A program made the position numbers and the translations under genes. From a virus (taxonomy: Duplodnaviria; Caudoviricetes): a DNA stretch of 64,000 nucleotides. Under the pieces are notes generated by a model. That model made no database searches, was not told where the DNA came from, and worked only from the letters and a program-made list of their open reading frames with translations. Below are positions 18,931 to 29,046 of this stretch, piece by piece. The stretch lies in IMG/VR virus record IMGVR_UViG_3300048631_000217; one strand, 5' to 3'. Each line of letters starts with the position of its first letter. Positions within the stretch are counted from its first letter, which is position 1.

Positions 18931-21582
18931 TTATAGTGCAATGATCTGGACGGTTTTTCGTCCGTCAATTACCAGAATATCAAATATGAATTCCTTACCA
19001 TTGACGGTACTCAATGTGTCTCCATATACCTTGTTCCAGCCCGAAAATGTAACATTACCCGCAGTGCCGTTATTGGTCATCAAGACACTTAACCTGAAGT
19101 TTCCTGTCAATGTCGGGGCACCTAACGTAAAGCTTCCCCCGTTGATGAATTTCTTGTAGTTTGAATTGACAGGTTCCGGTGTATATGTTCCGCCAGTGAC
19201 GGGCGAAGCCAGAGCATATGTTGTGGTTGATTTGATACAACCCGCATAGCTATCGTCTTCAACTTTCGATATCGCCTTGTCTTTAGTCAATACGTCGATA
19301 CCGCCGAATTGCAGTTTATCGGGGTAGATATTGAATTGAGAACCCCAAGCGACTGCCGTGCCGGAATTTGCTGTCGGGTTGCTGGCCACCTTGATCGTCA
19401 ATGGGGTTAGCGTCGTGCTGTCGATATTACCGCCAATATACCATGCGTTTCCGGGTTGGGTAAACGTTTCGGTATATGTCGTGACTGTATTACCCCCCGT
19501 CCCGGTTATGGTCGATGCAACGTAATGACCAAGACGAATTTGCACGTTCCCGGCCCCGTCATTATGGGTAATCCGGTGATTGCCACTCTTCCACTGGTAG
19601 CCATCAGCCGATGAAATCTTCAGTGAAATAGCAGTCAAGTTCTGTGCCGAAGAATCTACATCAGCCCTGACAAAACGGCTGTCGCTTGTCGTGCGGTCGT
19701 AGAATGTTCCGTCTACCTGCGCCTTAGTGTAATAGCGTAGGTCATGGGTATGCGAATCGTCGTCCACTGCTACAGTCAGAGTGACATTGGAAGATCCGTC
19801 AAAAGCCACAGAACCCGTTGCATCGCCGGATAGAGATATGGTGCGGGCCGTGCCAAGACGGGATGCTGTCGTGGCGCTGGTGGCCGTGCTGGCATTACCA
19901 CTCAGTTCCCCGTAGAAAGTCGTTGCCTGTAGTGCATTTCCTTCTGTAGAGAAACGATTAAGAGACTCATTCCATACGAAACTGACATTCGACAGGTTTC
20001 CGCGTTCAACCTCGAAACCTGCATTCTGTGTCGGGGAACCTGTTTCATTCGAATTCAGAAGGATGATGTTGTCGGCGATTGTCACGGTTTCTGTATTGAC
20101 AATAGTAGTGTTACCGCTAACTGTCAGATCCCCGCCGATTACGACACTTCCGGTTGTGGTCATGGTATTGGCGTTGATAGGCCCGTTAAATGTCACTGTA
20201 CGGCTTGTTGAAGCCCCTCGTGCCAAAACACTATCGAAACTATCTGTTGATGCGATAACCGCGTTTCCGCCTGCGGTATTACCCCCCGTGACGCTAATTC
20301 CAGACCCCGCCGAAATGCTTCGTGTGTAATTACCGCTGGTATGGGTTCCGAGAACGATACTGTTATTTGCAGTCACGGCCAAGTTCAATGAGCCGCTTGC
20401 CAATTCAGTAAGCGTAACGTTTGCACTACCTTGGACAACCCCTGACAGGTTCAATGAAATATTCGGACTCGGAACGTTCAACAGGTTCGCCCATGCCAAT
20501 TTCCCTTCAAGGGCTTGGGCGAATACAGTATTCCAACGCTGTCCAGTAGACCCGAGATTGTAGACGATATTCGCAGAAGGTGTTATCGCCGAAGATACTC
20601 TGGCATTGAACGTCACTCTATCGGTATTAGCATTACCTAATACAGTATTTCCTTGTGAATCAAGAAGTCCCAATACCGTGATCGTATTAGCGGTACTTGT
20701 ATCATATGCGAATGAAGCGTTTGACGAAAAAGTAGTCGTGCCAGTAACGGTCAGGTTTCCACCGATAGTCATGCTACCAGAGATATCGTGAACGGCATTC
20801 GCAGAATTTGCGGTCAATACCCCACCGAATGTTGCTGGACCACTTACCGACATAGTATTGGCGGTTAATGTGTCGTTCACCACCGTATTTGATGTTGTGG
20901 CAGTTTGTGCATACAGGTTGCGCCAGCGCAAGGCAGCTTCACCCAAATCATACGTGATATCAGTAAACGGCTTTACTGAATTCTGATCAACCGTCAAAAT
21001 GTCCTTGACATTGTTCGTTGATGTTTTCAGAGTGAAGGTGATCGACCTATACCCGGTATTTGTCGATTGGGCGACAACCTTTCTATCCGTAGACCCTCTT
21101 AGGATCAGGTCGGATTTCAAATCGACTGTGCCATCCGCAACCACGTTGTTAGCGTAAACGAATGACCATAAAGCTGTCGGGGTTCCGAGTGAAACCAGAC
21201 CGTTAGGTGTGATATCGCTTGTGACGTTGGCGGTCAGAGAAAAGGTTGATGTGGCGATAGAAAAGGTGTTGACACTAGATACCGAAAACTGTTCGAACCC
21301 CTGAAAGATCGTATTCGACAATACATTCAGGTTGCCGGGGACACTTGCCGAACCGCCCCGAATCCCATCGAAAACGGCCAAGGTATTTGACGACAAGACG
21401 CCTTCAACATGAACGTTTCCTGTCGTCTGTCCACCATTTGTCGTATTCGGTTGTGCTACGGCGGCGGCGGTAACAGTCACCGTGCCCATATCATAGACAA
21501 CCTGATTAAGCTTGTTAATCAGACCACCGAACGTATCGGTTGTAATCTCGACATTTGCACCCTGATAGGAAGATTTAGCCAT
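18931..21582 (-). CDS. Tail fibre protein
   Basis: YDLG....RW repeats, DNIILLN...AGFEVERG, RTISLSGDATGS, HTHDLRYYT. Confidence 0.85.
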   Translation of the reverse strand: MAKSSYQGANVEITTDTFGGLINKLNQVVYDMGTVTVTAAAVAQPNTTNGGQTTGNVHVEGVLSSNTLAVFDGIRGGSASVPGNLNVLSNTIFQGFEQFSVSSVNTFSIATSTFSLTANVTSDITPNGLVSLGTPTALWSFVYANNVVADGTVDLKSDLILRGSTDRKVVAQSTNTGYRSITFTLKTSTNNVKDILTVDQNSVKPFTDITYDLGEAALRWRNLYAQTATTSNTVVNDTLTANTMSVSGPATFGGVLTANSANAVHDISGSMTIGGNLTVTGTTTFSSNASFAYDTSTANTITVLGLLDSQGNTVLGNANTDRVTFNARVSSAITPSANIVYNLGSTGQRWNTVFAQALEGKLAWANLLNVPSPNISLNLSGVVQGSANVTLTELASGSLNLAVTANNSIVLGTHTSGNYTRSISAGSGISVTGGNTAGGNAVIASTDSFDSVLARGASTSRTVTFNGPINANTMTTTGSVVIGGDLTVSGNTTIVNTETVTIADNIILLNSNETGSPTQNAGFEVERGNLSNVSFVWNESLNRFSTEGNALQATTFYGELSGNASTATSATTASRLGTARTISLSGDATGSVAFDGSSNVTLTVAVDDDSHTHDLRYYTKAQVDGTFYDRTTSDSRFVRADVDSSAQNLTAISLKISSADGYQWKSGNHRITHNDGAGNVQIRLGHYVASTITGTGGNTVTTYTETFTQPGNAWYIGGNIDSTTLTPLTIKVASNPTANSGTAVAWGSQFNIYPDKLQFGGIDVLTKDKAISKVEDDSYAGCIKSTTTYALASPVTGGTYTPEPVNSNYKKFINGGSFTLGAPTLTGNFRLSVLMTNNGTAGNVTFSGWNKVYGDTLSTVNGKEFIFDILVIDGRKTVQIIAL

Positions 21583-21760
21583 CTGTTACCTTTTCTTTTA
21601 CAATCTGTTCTAGCATGGCAATTCGCTTTTCAAGTCCGTTCAAACGGTCTTCCAGCATCCGGTTACGATACTGCATTTCCTTTTGTTGACGGCGTTGTTC
21701 CAATGCCCTTTTGTTGGTATTTAGTAGAACATCGCCGTGTCTCTCGTAATCGCTTTTCAT
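21575..21760 (-). CDS. Small coiled-coil hypothetical protein
   Basis: Coupled to neighbours. Confidence 0.6.
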   Translation of the reverse strand: MKSDYERHGDVLLNTNKRALEQRRQQKEMQYRNRMLEDRLNGLEKRIAMLEQIVKEKVTDG

Positions 21761-24700
21761 CAGGATAGGGCAATCGCTCTAACGTCTCGTAGACGGGGAA
21801 CACGATTGTAGCTTGACGATAGCATGACGATCTTGATTGCATAGACCTTGTATCTATCGAATACTGCGCCATCCTTGCCCTGATATCTCAGGATACCTGT
21901 CGTGCTTTCCAGACCCGCACCACCGCCATTGGTGAATGTGGTTTTGGTAGGGACGAAATACTCGATTTCGCGGAAATCGTCTCTATTGGCATTCGAAGAG
22001 AATCCGTCAGTCTCGGCTTTCTTGGTTAGTTGCGTCCATTCGATTTCTTTGAAGTCTCTTGTATCGAATTCGTTCTTGAATCTCACATACACTTCTACAT
22101 CCGTTCCGGGCGGTCTATAGGCTGTCAGGAATACCTTCAGATCGTCGGCATCCATTCCTTCGGCCAATTCCACGGTCTTAGATATGTATTTCGAAGCCGC
22201 ATTACCCGAACTTGTCGTTTCGCTTGTGGTATCATTATTGATATCATAGGCATAGACAATCATGTTGGATGCTTCGTGATCAACGAATGGAGTCGAATCC
22301 TCGTTATTGTAGAGATTCATTCTCAATCTGAATGAACGTCCGGTATTATCCGAAACCTCATTCGAACGGCTCTTGATGACCGTGTTACGTGTCGTCAGAT
22401 ACTTGTTGCTGCCGAATGCCATAGGCGAAGTATATGTACCACCCCCGTCAATCGACAAGGTATCGGCAACGATATCCAGACTTGTCTTGGTCGTCGTCGC
22501 TTTGGCAATACTTGCTTGCAGGTAACTCACTTGCTGGTTATCAACAGATACTGTGTTAGCTGTCGTGCCGCTGTCCAGACCAAGCAAACTTGAGCCTGCT
22601 ACAAACACCTTACCACTTCGGGCTGTTGAATCCTGTAGCACAAGCTTTGCAGGTTCATTCGGCGACCAATAGGATGCCCGACCCACAATGCTTTCAAAAT
22701 AGGATGCGGCACTGTTTGAAGTTTCGATAGCCTCTTTGACGGTCAGAACCGTATTCGATGTAATTGCCGATATCTCGGCCAATTCATAGGTATTGGCTCC
22801 GGTATAGATAACCAGAGTATCCCCCAACTGGTGTTGACTGAAATTGGTTCCGGTCCCGGTAATCGTCGTATTCCCAGATGTTACCGAAATGGTTCCGGCA
22901 GAATTTGCAGTTACTTTGGCAACATATTCACCTTCCGCAAAATCTCCGGTAGCACTATCGACAGTCAGGAATTCACAATCTCTTGTTCCAAGATATATTG
23001 TGGATTTCTTGGTTGTGTATTCATTGCGGAAAATCGCGAATTTCAGGTTCTCGTTCTGGAAAGCTGTCCAAGCACGGTTATTCGTTGACGCGAACAACGT
23101 TCCGCTGCTCATATCTCGGACAATCGGACGCCCGGAAATAACCCCGTTTTCGCCGGGGGTAGACGTGAATACACGGTAATCGGGACTATTGGCATCCGGC
23201 TTGATGACCAGAGCATATTCCTGACCGCTTTTCAGATAAATCGGTTTATCGAAAATGAACGGAGTCCATACGCTACCGTCCCCGGATACTGTAACCTCAT
23301 CTGAAGTCAAATGCTTCGTGGCAAATGGAATCTTGCGTTTGGCTGGATATCCATTGACAGTTTCCCGAATCTCGACAGTCACACCGAATGTCGGAGATTT
23401 CTTGCGGAAGAATAGCCATACCTTGTCAACCGCCAAAGCGTTATCGTTAGTCTCACCTCTCGGGACAAAGAAGGTTTGGGCAATAGGATCAGACCCCTCA
23501 TCCGAACTTTGTTGGATCGGGAAGTTCTGAACCAATACCCGTGCCGTTGTCTCGACTTCGGGCAAGCGTGTCGATAGCCCCGCCTTCTCAACCGACATAT
23601 TGAATGCGCGGTAGATGAAGGAAGCCCGTGACGTAGATGTGTCTCGATCCTGATAGAGTTGAGTATCGTAGATCTCAAGCTTGCGATCCCCGGTGAAGAA
23701 CGTTTTCGGCGGGATGCGGAAGATTGCCCTCAGAACGCCCTTGGCATCGGTTCTGACGCCTGTTCCGAACTTTCCTGCCCTTACCATATCCATAGGACGA
23801 GTTGCCCCGTTACGGCGTCTTGCAGGCGCTATGTTTGGGTTGACGGCTGTACCATCGAAGAAAAACCAATGCAGGGTATTTGGGCGTAGACCGGATACGA
23901 AGATCCGCACGTTACGTCCGCGCATGAACGGAGAATATGAAACGTTTGTTACAAAATCCCCGACCTCTACCGTATTGGTCCCGGCATTCTGGAATCGAAT
24001 ATCAGTGTTCGTGACAGTGACATTCTGTGCCCCGATACGAGTGCTTTCCACCTGAAGCGGAACGATAGAATTCAGAGAATCCACGAAATCGCTGAATACG
24101 TTTCCAACGTCTATTGTCACATCAGGGGCACGACTTGTATCGTATGCAGCGTCATATGAAGGCTGCATATACGCTTTACCCGAGAAGATATAGTAATCGG
24201 TAACGCAGTTACGGGTTCCCGTAGCGGTTAATTGCTTGACCAAGAACCTGTCAGTATTCGGAGTGATCGTCGCGATTGTATCGTCATAGTTTCTTGCCGA
24301 AACCCAAGAATTTTCATCAACTGCCGTCAAGTCAAGAGGAATGGCGCGGAACTTTGGTGTAATTTCGCTCTTGGCAGGATCAATACCCGCCTTGAATTCC
24401 GTGTCCTTGATATCGGCAATCTTCAGGTTATTGAAATTGTCAACGAAAATCCCGTTCTTGAACCTGTCGGCACCTGTCGCATCGGTAATCAACATATTGA
24501 CCGCCTTTTGCTCCAAGGCATTCAATGCTGTGTAATATTCAAGCGAATCCAGACGGCGTTCGATTCCCCCAATATCGCGCATTGTGTAACGGCGATTCTC
24601 ATTGGTCTTTATCGTGACCCCGAATTCCGGGCGGTTCTTCCGATCCGCAAGGTTTTTCGGTAGGGACGGATAGGCAGGAACATTGATCGTTGCCAGAATC

Positions 24701-27213
24701 ATACCAGAACTAGGCGGCGCTGGTGGAGTCGGTTTTTCGCTCGCCTCACCTTTATCGACCACGAAATTACCCTCACTGTCGATATACAGGATATCGAAAC
24801 GGTTCATGTAGTATTCGTAATCTGTTTCGATATTCTCATTCGGGGCGGGGATGTATAGATCGCCACTCCCGAAGGTTGTCGTGCCATTCGGGTTGATTGT
24901 AGCCGCAGCTTCCGTTTCGGCATAAGATGCGGTGTTTTCGGCATAGGGGCGGAAGTCTATGCAATTACGCAAATCGTATCTCTTTCCGTCTTTGGCGACA
25001 AAGATCGGAATATCTTCCGTGCGAATTGAGGTATTCGGTGCCCCATCACTATCATTGATCGGGTAGCTATCGACCGTGAAGAACCCTTCGGCATAAGAGC
25101 CGGTTGTGTTCTTTCTATAGACTTTCAACTTGACCAATAGTTTGCTATTCGCCGGAATTGAATATCCGGCTGTCACCAGTCTGGAAAGGTTGTATGTCTC
25201 TAGAGTATCGTTTTTCAGAACCCGGAATTTAGACTTGACCGAAGGATTGCTTTCGGAATAGGTATTACCCTGCCAAACGTTTTCGATACCGATAACATCC
25301 GGCAGACCTAGACTATAGGAACCGCTATTCGTATTCGGGTGCGTTGCTGTGTCGATCTTGACATAGACATACTTGATGTCTTTCTTGCGAGGTGCAGCAA
25401 TGGTTCTCTTTACATTGTAATAGACGATAGCCGCCATATCCGCCGCTGGTGTAGACGGCAGAGTGATTGTCAATGATTGGCTGCTGGTAACTTCGATTGT
25501 CGCTCCTGTCAGATTGATCGGAACCCCTTGGGTATATGGACTTTGAGTAGCATTCGCGATAACTTCGAAATCAGCCTTTTGAGTATCATTCAGGATACCG
25601 ATACCATATGGCCATTCATCGTTTCCTGTCAGGTTGATAACGATATTCGCGGTAATGGAATCTGCGGTTAGCGAACTATTTACCGTACGATATACATAAT
25701 CAGTGGTAGCCGATACAACCGATTTGATGGCACTTCTGCCAATTTCGAAAATGTATGAACCGAACGCGCGTTCCTTGATGACCGGACGCCCGCTTTCCAG
25801 AATGAGATCGGCGGCACCTTTGATACTTCCGTCATGGAATACCGAACGAACGTCATCGAAGTTCTTTCCAGAATCCATGACGATATCGGTAATGTAAAGA
25901 CGATATTGTGTCTGGGCAGAACCTAACGTACCGGCATGTTTCATCACCGAACGAATCTTTGCCGTGCCGATTTTCGATGCACTAGGATATGTTCCGGTGC
26001 TACCCGCCGTAGCGCGAGCCAATGCCACATCATGCAAGGTAACGGTCGCGGCATTCTGATAAGAGAAGCCGCCCATGTATTCCTTGACGATTACATATGA
26101 TCCGTAATTGGTCGTAATATTCTGTTGAATTTCTGTTTCGAATTCCGTCGCCTTATCCAGCGGCAATACATAGCGGTCAAGCAATTCGACACGGCGACCG
26201 TCAACATATCCAAGACCTCGACCCACTGAAAGATCAAGTAGGGATGAATTTGCTGAATTGTTCGTAATAGCAAGAGGAAATTCGTTTACTGTGTAGTTAC
26301 CAGATTCCTCGAATGTACGTTTCTGCACTTCATTGAAAATGGTCGAATACTGTGTAGTCAGGTTTTGGCTGACAATTCGTCCACCTTGGTATTTCTGTAA
26401 TTCAAGGAAGGTTTCGTCATCATCTGCAATTGTCGAATCCACGGCGATAAGCCTAGGAGTCAATACGATACGATCAGCGCCCGGCGCATTTTCGTTCGGA
26501 TGCCCTTGGGCATTATCCAATAGCGACGTATCGTTGTTGGAATTTACGATAGATTCGTCAGTGACGAACCCTAGGGAAATGTTATCTGGCAGGTTCGTGT
26601 ATTTTGAAACGATTGTCAATTGCTCGTCAACGCGAACAAAGAACCCCTTTTGATAAATGATGCCATCACTTAGACGTACCGCATAGGCTGTGCCTACGGA
26701 ATCTGTATCGACTGTACCGGCTGCAACAACTTCAGCAATCAAGGCATCTGTATCAATATCTCTAATCTCAATCGTTTCCGTTCCAGAAAACACCTTGTCA
26801 TCATTCGCCCCTGTTCCGGTATAGGTGACGAATAGAGTATTCAAGTCAGGAACTTGGCTTTCCAAACCTGTTGCCACTTCGGTAACAATAGCCGTAACAC
26901 CTGTAGTCTTACCCACGGCTTTATGGGTCTTGTAGGATGACATGGATACGGGTGCGCCGTTTCCTTGAAGATCAAGGATTTTGACAAAACCAAGATTACG
27001 GATTTCGCTGAAGCTGCACCCGCTGATGACCGTCCCTTGGCGCAGGATATTGTCACCAAACCGTTCGATCTGGTTTTGGAGAATGGTTTGAAGTTGGGTT
27101 AATTCACGCGCCTGAACCGCCACCGAAGGCTTGAATAGAATCCGATGAAAGTTCTTGCTTTCATCGAAATCGTCAAAATACGGCGACTGGTTGGTGTTTG
27201 TGTTAAGGCTCAT
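21760..27213 (-). CDS. Large VrlC/DUF4815-like baseplate structural protein
   Basis: PYFDDFD...ILFKP...QARELTQLQTILQNQ, APGADR, RRYTMRDIG..E.R...LEYYT, DRFKNGIFVDNF. Confidence 0.9.
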   Translation of the reverse strand: MSLNTNTNQSPYFDDFDESKNFHRILFKPSVAVQARELTQLQTILQNQIERFGDNILRQGTVISGCSFSEIRNLGFVKILDLQGNGAPVSMSSYKTHKAVGKTTGVTAIVTEVATGLESQVPDLNTLFVTYTGTGANDDKVFSGTETIEIRDIDTDALIAEVVAAGTVDTDSVGTAYAVRLSDGIIYQKGFFVRVDEQLTIVSKYTNLPDNISLGFVTDESIVNSNNDTSLLDNAQGHPNENAPGADRIVLTPRLIAVDSTIADDDETFLELQKYQGGRIVSQNLTTQYSTIFNEVQKRTFEESGNYTVNEFPLAITNNSANSSLLDLSVGRGLGYVDGRRVELLDRYVLPLDKATEFETEIQQNITTNYGSYVIVKEYMGGFSYQNAATVTLHDVALARATAGSTGTYPSASKIGTAKIRSVMKHAGTLGSAQTQYRLYITDIVMDSGKNFDDVRSVFHDGSIKGAADLILESGRPVIKERAFGSYIFEIGRSAIKSVVSATTDYVYRTVNSSLTADSITANIVINLTGNDEWPYGIGILNDTQKADFEVIANATQSPYTQGVPINLTGATIEVTSSQSLTITLPSTPAADMAAIVYYNVKRTIAAPRKKDIKYVYVKIDTATHPNTNSGSYSLGLPDVIGIENVWQGNTYSESNPSVKSKFRVLKNDTLETYNLSRLVTAGYSIPANSKLLVKLKVYRKNTTGSYAEGFFTVDSYPINDSDGAPNTSIRTEDIPIFVAKDGKRYDLRNCIDFRPYAENTASYAETEAAATINPNGTTTFGSGDLYIPAPNENIETDYEYYMNRFDILYIDSEGNFVVDKGEASEKPTPPAPPSSGMILATINVPAYPSLPKNLADRKNRPEFGVTIKTNENRRYTMRDIGGIERRLDSLEYYTALNALEQKAVNMLITDATGADRFKNGIFVDNFNNLKIADIKDTEFKAGIDPAKSEITPKFRAIPLDLTAVDENSWVSARNYDDTIATITPNTDRFLVKQLTATGTRNCVTDYYIFSGKAYMQPSYDAAYDTSRAPDVTIDVGNVFSDFVDSLNSIVPLQVESTRIGAQNVTVTNTDIRFQNAGTNTVEVGDFVTNVSYSPFMRGRNVRIFVSGLRPNTLHWFFFDGTAVNPNIAPARRRNGATRPMDMVRAGKFGTGVRTDAKGVLRAIFRIPPKTFFTGDRKLEIYDTQLYQDRDTSTSRASFIYRAFNMSVEKAGLSTRLPEVETTARVLVQNFPIQQSSDEGSDPIAQTFFVPRGETNDNALAVDKVWLFFRKKSPTFGVTVEIRETVNGYPAKRKIPFATKHLTSDEVTVSGDGSVWTPFIFDKPIYLKSGQEYALVIKPDANSPDYRVFTSTPGENGVISGRPIVRDMSSGTLFASTNNRAWTAFQNENLKFAIFRNEYTTKKSTIYLGTRDCEFLTVDSATGDFAEGEYVAKVTANSAGTISVTSGNTTITGTGTNFSQHQLGDTLVIYTGANTYELAEISAITSNTVLTVKEAIETSNSAASYFESIVGRASYWSPNEPAKLVLQDSTARSGKVFVAGSSLLGLDSGTTANTVSVDNQQVSYLQASIAKATTTKTSLDIVADTLSIDGGGTYTSPMAFGSNKYLTTRNTVIKSRSNEVSDNTGRSFRLRMNLYNNEDSTPFVDHEASNMIVYAYDINNDTTSETTSSGNAASKYISKTVELAEGMDADDLKVFLTAYRPPGTDVEVYVRFKNEFDTRDFKEIEWTQLTKKAETDGFSSNANRDDFREIEYFVPTKTTFTNGGGAGLESTTGILRYQGKDGAVFDRYKVYAIKIVMLSSSYNRVPRLRDVRAIALS

Positions 27214-27223
27214 TAACTACCTC

Positions 27224-29035
27224 TTAGAAATCTATGATGAACTTAATTCGTTCTCTTTGTGTTGCCGAACGTGAAATCGGCTCCATACTCTCAATATATA
27301 GGATATCCCCGGAACCGTCTTCGAGATCTCCGAGAACTTTGCCGTTGACCTTGGCCACGGCGGAACTTGTCTTCCCAAAGACTTCGGCGACTTTACCGGA
27401 CGCATCATCCGAAACCCCGAAATACCCTTTCACGTTTGCCACCTGAATGACTGTGCTATTGGCTGAATATACTATACCTGTCGCTCCGGTTTCAGGTTGG
27501 TCGATAACCTCGTCTTCAAGGAACCCCGAACCATTCGGCCCCTGATCCGTCACGTTTACCGATAGGGATTGTAATTGATTGAATGTGCCGATATTCCGAT
27601 CAACCGCTACAACATTTGATGTAGCTATGGATGTATTTGTCGTGTTTGATGATGTTACAGAAACCCCGTCAACGAACTGTCCCAATACCTTTCTAAGACG
27701 AATGGTATTGTCACCATCTGCCCCGATCCCGGCAATCTCCGCAGTCACCAGACCTTGCGTTAATATCTGACCATCGGCAAAGCCTGAAGTATCTTCAAGG
27801 GTCAACACAGTGTTGGCGAAATATGGGTTCTTCAATAACCCGAATTTCCTGAAATCGTTCTGGTAGGGTATTGTACCGTTTTCGTCCCCGTTGAATTCAA
27901 CGGATATTACGACACCTGTTGAATACAATTCATCAAAGACATTCGACCCATGCCCGCCTTTAGGTGAAATGATCGGACGAACTTTTGCGGCCACCGGCAG
28001 TTTCGCTTGATTTGTCTGTAGGTCGATATATCCTGTATTTGCTACAATCGTTACATCGGCATATGTATACCCCGATCCTCTATTGACAACCTCTATGCTG
28101 GCGATTGAATTAGAGGTTGAATTGACTGTAGCAATAGCTACGGCATCTTGTCCGTCTCCGGTTATTCTAACTCTCGGGCCAATGTCGAAATTTGATGTAA
28201 AATCTGGTAGAATGTCGAATTCCTTATCCACCAGAATTCGTCTTTCGTTTCCGGTCACGATATATTCGGCAATCGTTCTGGCCTGTCCAGCCCCGCGACC
28301 GCTTCGGATAAAGAACGTATTGTTCTTGTAGAAATCAGTATTGGCAGATAATTGTGATTCACTCTGGATCGACATAATCAAGTTGTTACCCGCTACAGCA
28401 GATTCCTTTACGGTTCCGCTAACATAGCTGTTGTAATCATAACCGGGCGTTTCGATGATGAAGGTTTCCAAAGCACCGTTAACCGCATTGGCAGCAACAT
28501 TTACATCCTCGACAACAGGAATGAAATTCAAGGTAGAAAAATTGTTGAAAACTGTATCAGAAATTGAGTAACAAAACTTCCACACATAGCCGTCATTGGT
28601 TCTGTAATACTCATCATCAGGTGACGTTTCGGATTTCAAGGGCATGTCTGTAGAAGGTGCCCCAGAATTGTTGTCTAGACATTTGAACACGGAATACTCG
28701 GAACTTTCGCTTGTCACAACAAAAAAATTCTTGTAGGGTAAGTCAATATCGGTATGGTCATAGATATCATAGACCACGCCGCTATCCCACATCACCTTTT
28801 TGACAACACGATATACGTCATTCGTCGTAACCCTTTTGCCGAATGACAATTCATCGTGAATGTCAATATATGTTTCGGTAATGGATGGGGATATGTCGGG
28901 TGGATTGGAATCGTCAGGAAATGTGTCGCTTTTGGCAGCATACAGGTAATAGTAGTTGTTCTCCGAAGGATCGAATGTATCCACGAAGTTTTCAGCCATC
29001 TTGATTCTGAAATTAGGTGTGACTAGCTTTCCCAT
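27224..29035 (-). CDS. gp8: Baseplate wedge subunit
   Basis: VFKCLDNN.G..ST..P, DGYVWKF, SPKGGHG, DFRKFGL. Confidence 0.88.
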   Translation of the reverse strand: MGKLVTPNFRIKMAENFVDTFDPSENNYYYLYAAKSDTFPDDSNPPDISPSITETYIDIHDELSFGKRVTTNDVYRVVKKVMWDSGVVYDIYDHTDIDLPYKNFFVVTSESSEYSVFKCLDNNSGAPSTDMPLKSETSPDDEYYRTNDGYVWKFCYSISDTVFNNFSTLNFIPVVEDVNVAANAVNGALETFIIETPGYDYNSYVSGTVKESAVAGNNLIMSIQSESQLSANTDFYKNNTFFIRSGRGAGQARTIAEYIVTGNERRILVDKEFDILPDFTSNFDIGPRVRITGDGQDAVAIATVNSTSNSIASIEVVNRGSGYTYADVTIVANTGYIDLQTNQAKLPVAAKVRPIISPKGGHGSNVFDELYSTGVVISVEFNGDENGTIPYQNDFRKFGLLKNPYFANTVLTLEDTSGFADGQILTQGLVTAEIAGIGADGDNTIRLRKVLGQFVDGVSVTSSNTTNTSIATSNVVAVDRNIGTFNQLQSLSVNVTDQGPNGSGFLEDEVIDQPETGATGIVYSANSTVIQVANVKGYFGVSDDASGKVAEVFGKTSSAVAKVNGKVLGDLEDGSGDILYIESMEPISRSATQRERIKFIIDF

Positions 29036-29046
29036 CGGTTCCCTTG